Source: Eubacteriales bacterium
GTDB taxonomy: Bacteria > Bacillota > Clostridia > Oscillospirales > CAG-272
Length of the DNA stretch: 64,000 nt
Direction: 5' to 3'
Assembly: GCA_045655185.1 (NCBI GenBank)
Contig: JAZOOS010000034.1
Span: forward strand, 84,744 to 148,743
Numbering within the stretch: position 1 is the first letter of the stretch; every line of letters starts with the position of its first letter. A program made the position numbers and the translations under genes. Below are positions 62,847 to 64,000 of this stretch, piece after piece. The notes beneath the pieces were generated by a model. That model was not told the DNA's origin. It did not search any database and saw only the letters and a program-made list of their open reading frames with translations.

Positions 62847-64000
62847 TCAATCGCCTTGAAGGTGAGACACCACTCTTCTGTAATACGCGTCTGCCATTTG
62901 GAGATAGCCCTCGGGCGATGCGTGGAAGGCGTTGGTGTTGATCGTTTTTATGATGGAGGAGCGTACGTTGACGGGTAGATCTTGCATTTGCAGGCTGTAA
63001 TCACTGTCAAACTGCCCCAGGATGCTTAAAAGCTCGACCTTGCCGCGATAGGCGGGCTCTTGCGATATATCGTGATACCATTTGTCAAGATTGAATATAA
63101 ATTCCATCTTCTCCCACCACTTGAAACGAATGCCGTAGTTGTGGCCCGTTCCGTCACGGCCGAGTGTGATCAATCCTGTGAGCGTTATACGGCAATCCGG
63201 GAATTCGGCAAGAAATCCGTCAAGAAAATCGCGAACCAATTGCTTATACGCGTATTCGCTCATATAGGTGCTGTTGCCGCCAAGCATGATGAGAAGCTCG
63301 TCAATGTGATCGACCCCCATCCGCTCCGCGTATGCGCGGAAGTTGTTGCGCCCAAGCTCCTCATCCTAGAAGGGGTTTGCCTCAGCGGGTTTTACCTCGG
63401 TATACACGATATCGGCATGGTTGGTGCCACCGCTTGCATGATGAAGCACGGCGGGGGCAGGCGGGATCGTGCCGCCATACGCGGTGCGAATAAGCTTTAT
63501 GCGGTTCTTCGTGATCGACTCAAGCTTCCAGGTTCCGCCGATATCATCGGAATAAAAGCTGTGCCGGTCTGCGGTTTCGTTCTTGTCCGAAAAATCACCG
63601 TAGACGTGTAGATAAAGCGAGGATCGTTTTTAGAATCTACAAAAGATTTGAAGCTTCATCCTCCGTAGCCTTCGTGGCGTACGCCGTATTTCTCATTGTT
63701 TCCGATAAAACGGATGTTTTTGAGCGCATCACCATTCGGTGTGCCACCGGTGCCCGTCAGACGGCGGTGCAGCTCGGAGGGCCGGATACCGGGAGAAACG
63801 CCCGAATCTCCCATACAAAGCACGATATACTCGCTTTTTGGTGATTGAGGCTTGTTCCAAACGCGCATATTGACCGTCTTTTCCTCAATCGGAGCCCCGG
63901 TATTGTCACGCAAGATGATGCGAAGCTTGCGCTGACCGACGTCCTCTTCGGTCGGCGTAAAGACGAACTTACGACGGTAGGATGCGCCGCTCTGCTCGCC
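62847..64000 (-). pseudogene. Disrupted SGNH/GDSL-family hydrolase, 5' end beyond the window
   Basis: Fragments carry block I CMGDSG, block II HEGYGG, block III MLGGN and a terminal H (NAFHASPEG). They are split by an in-frame TGA (63656-63658), a frameshift near 63600-63630 and an in-frame TAG (63366-63368). Confidence 0.7.

Noticed and set aside
63656-63658. The in-frame TGA after HEGYGG, where Trp is expected, could indicate TGA-to-Trp recoding.
   Set aside because: Many well-supported genes here terminate at TGA (for example guaA-like at 9771-9773, ruvC at 25425-25427, ispD at 47343-47345). The same gene also carries a TAG and a frameshift. A nonsense mutation in a pseudogene is the simpler explanation.

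Overview
This 64-kb window looks like a chromosomal segment of a Clostridia-class Firmicute. That placement is an inference from gene content: ecfA1-ecfA2-ecfT-truA, a spoVD/spoVE-type dcw cluster, a SAM-I riboswitch on metK, YfhO-family proteins, and sigma-A promoters with extended -10 elements. I support about 62 protein genes, one tRNA-Leu(GAG), one riboswitch and one decayed gene. The window is mostly housekeeping. Gene order: (1) a minus-strand sugar module (PIG-L deacetylase, NagB-like isomerase, PfkB kinase, class II aldolase) with a divergent AraC regulator. (2) yceD-rpmF, two membrane-anchored hypotheticals coupled to cdd, a PlsC-like acyltransferase, and a GMP synthase lacking its glutaminase domain. 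(3) A small accessory patch at 9.8-13.5 kb: a heptamer/hairpin array, a 9-bp tandem repeat encoding a possible 72-aa Asn/Gln-only peptide, a creatininase-family protein, two SDRs and PsiE. (4) azlCD, an acyl-ACP thioesterase and a CofE-like ligase. (5) A 600-bp non-coding region, then ruvB-ruvA fused in one operon with two giant tandem YfhO paralogs, divergent from ruvC. (6) An rRNA-type methyltransferase, the ECF energizing module, truA, PBP1A, a DUF45 peptidase, cca and YitT. (7) A dcw cluster mraZ-rsmH-ftsL-like-PBP-murE-murF-mraY-ftsW-murG with no murD. (8) ispD, ispF, rpe, riboswitch-metK and recD2. (9) A divergent MreB-like protein with an overlapping 36-aa micro-ORF, and an amidase lipoprotein. 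(10) secA with two downstream polytopic membrane proteins, then trmL. (11) tRNA-Leu, whose 3' end plus terminator is duplicated 189 bp downstream, followed by two paralogous lipoproteins and a broken SGNH hydrolase. I see no recognisable defence system, CRISPR array, transposase or integrase. The most unusual items are the N/Q-repeat micro-gene with its neighbouring heptamer array, the tRNA-Leu att-like duplication with its downstream accessory genes, the degenerate MreB-like protein plus micro-ORF, and the yfhO-yfhO-ruvAB operon. All functional calls come from motif reading by eye. No database search was possible.
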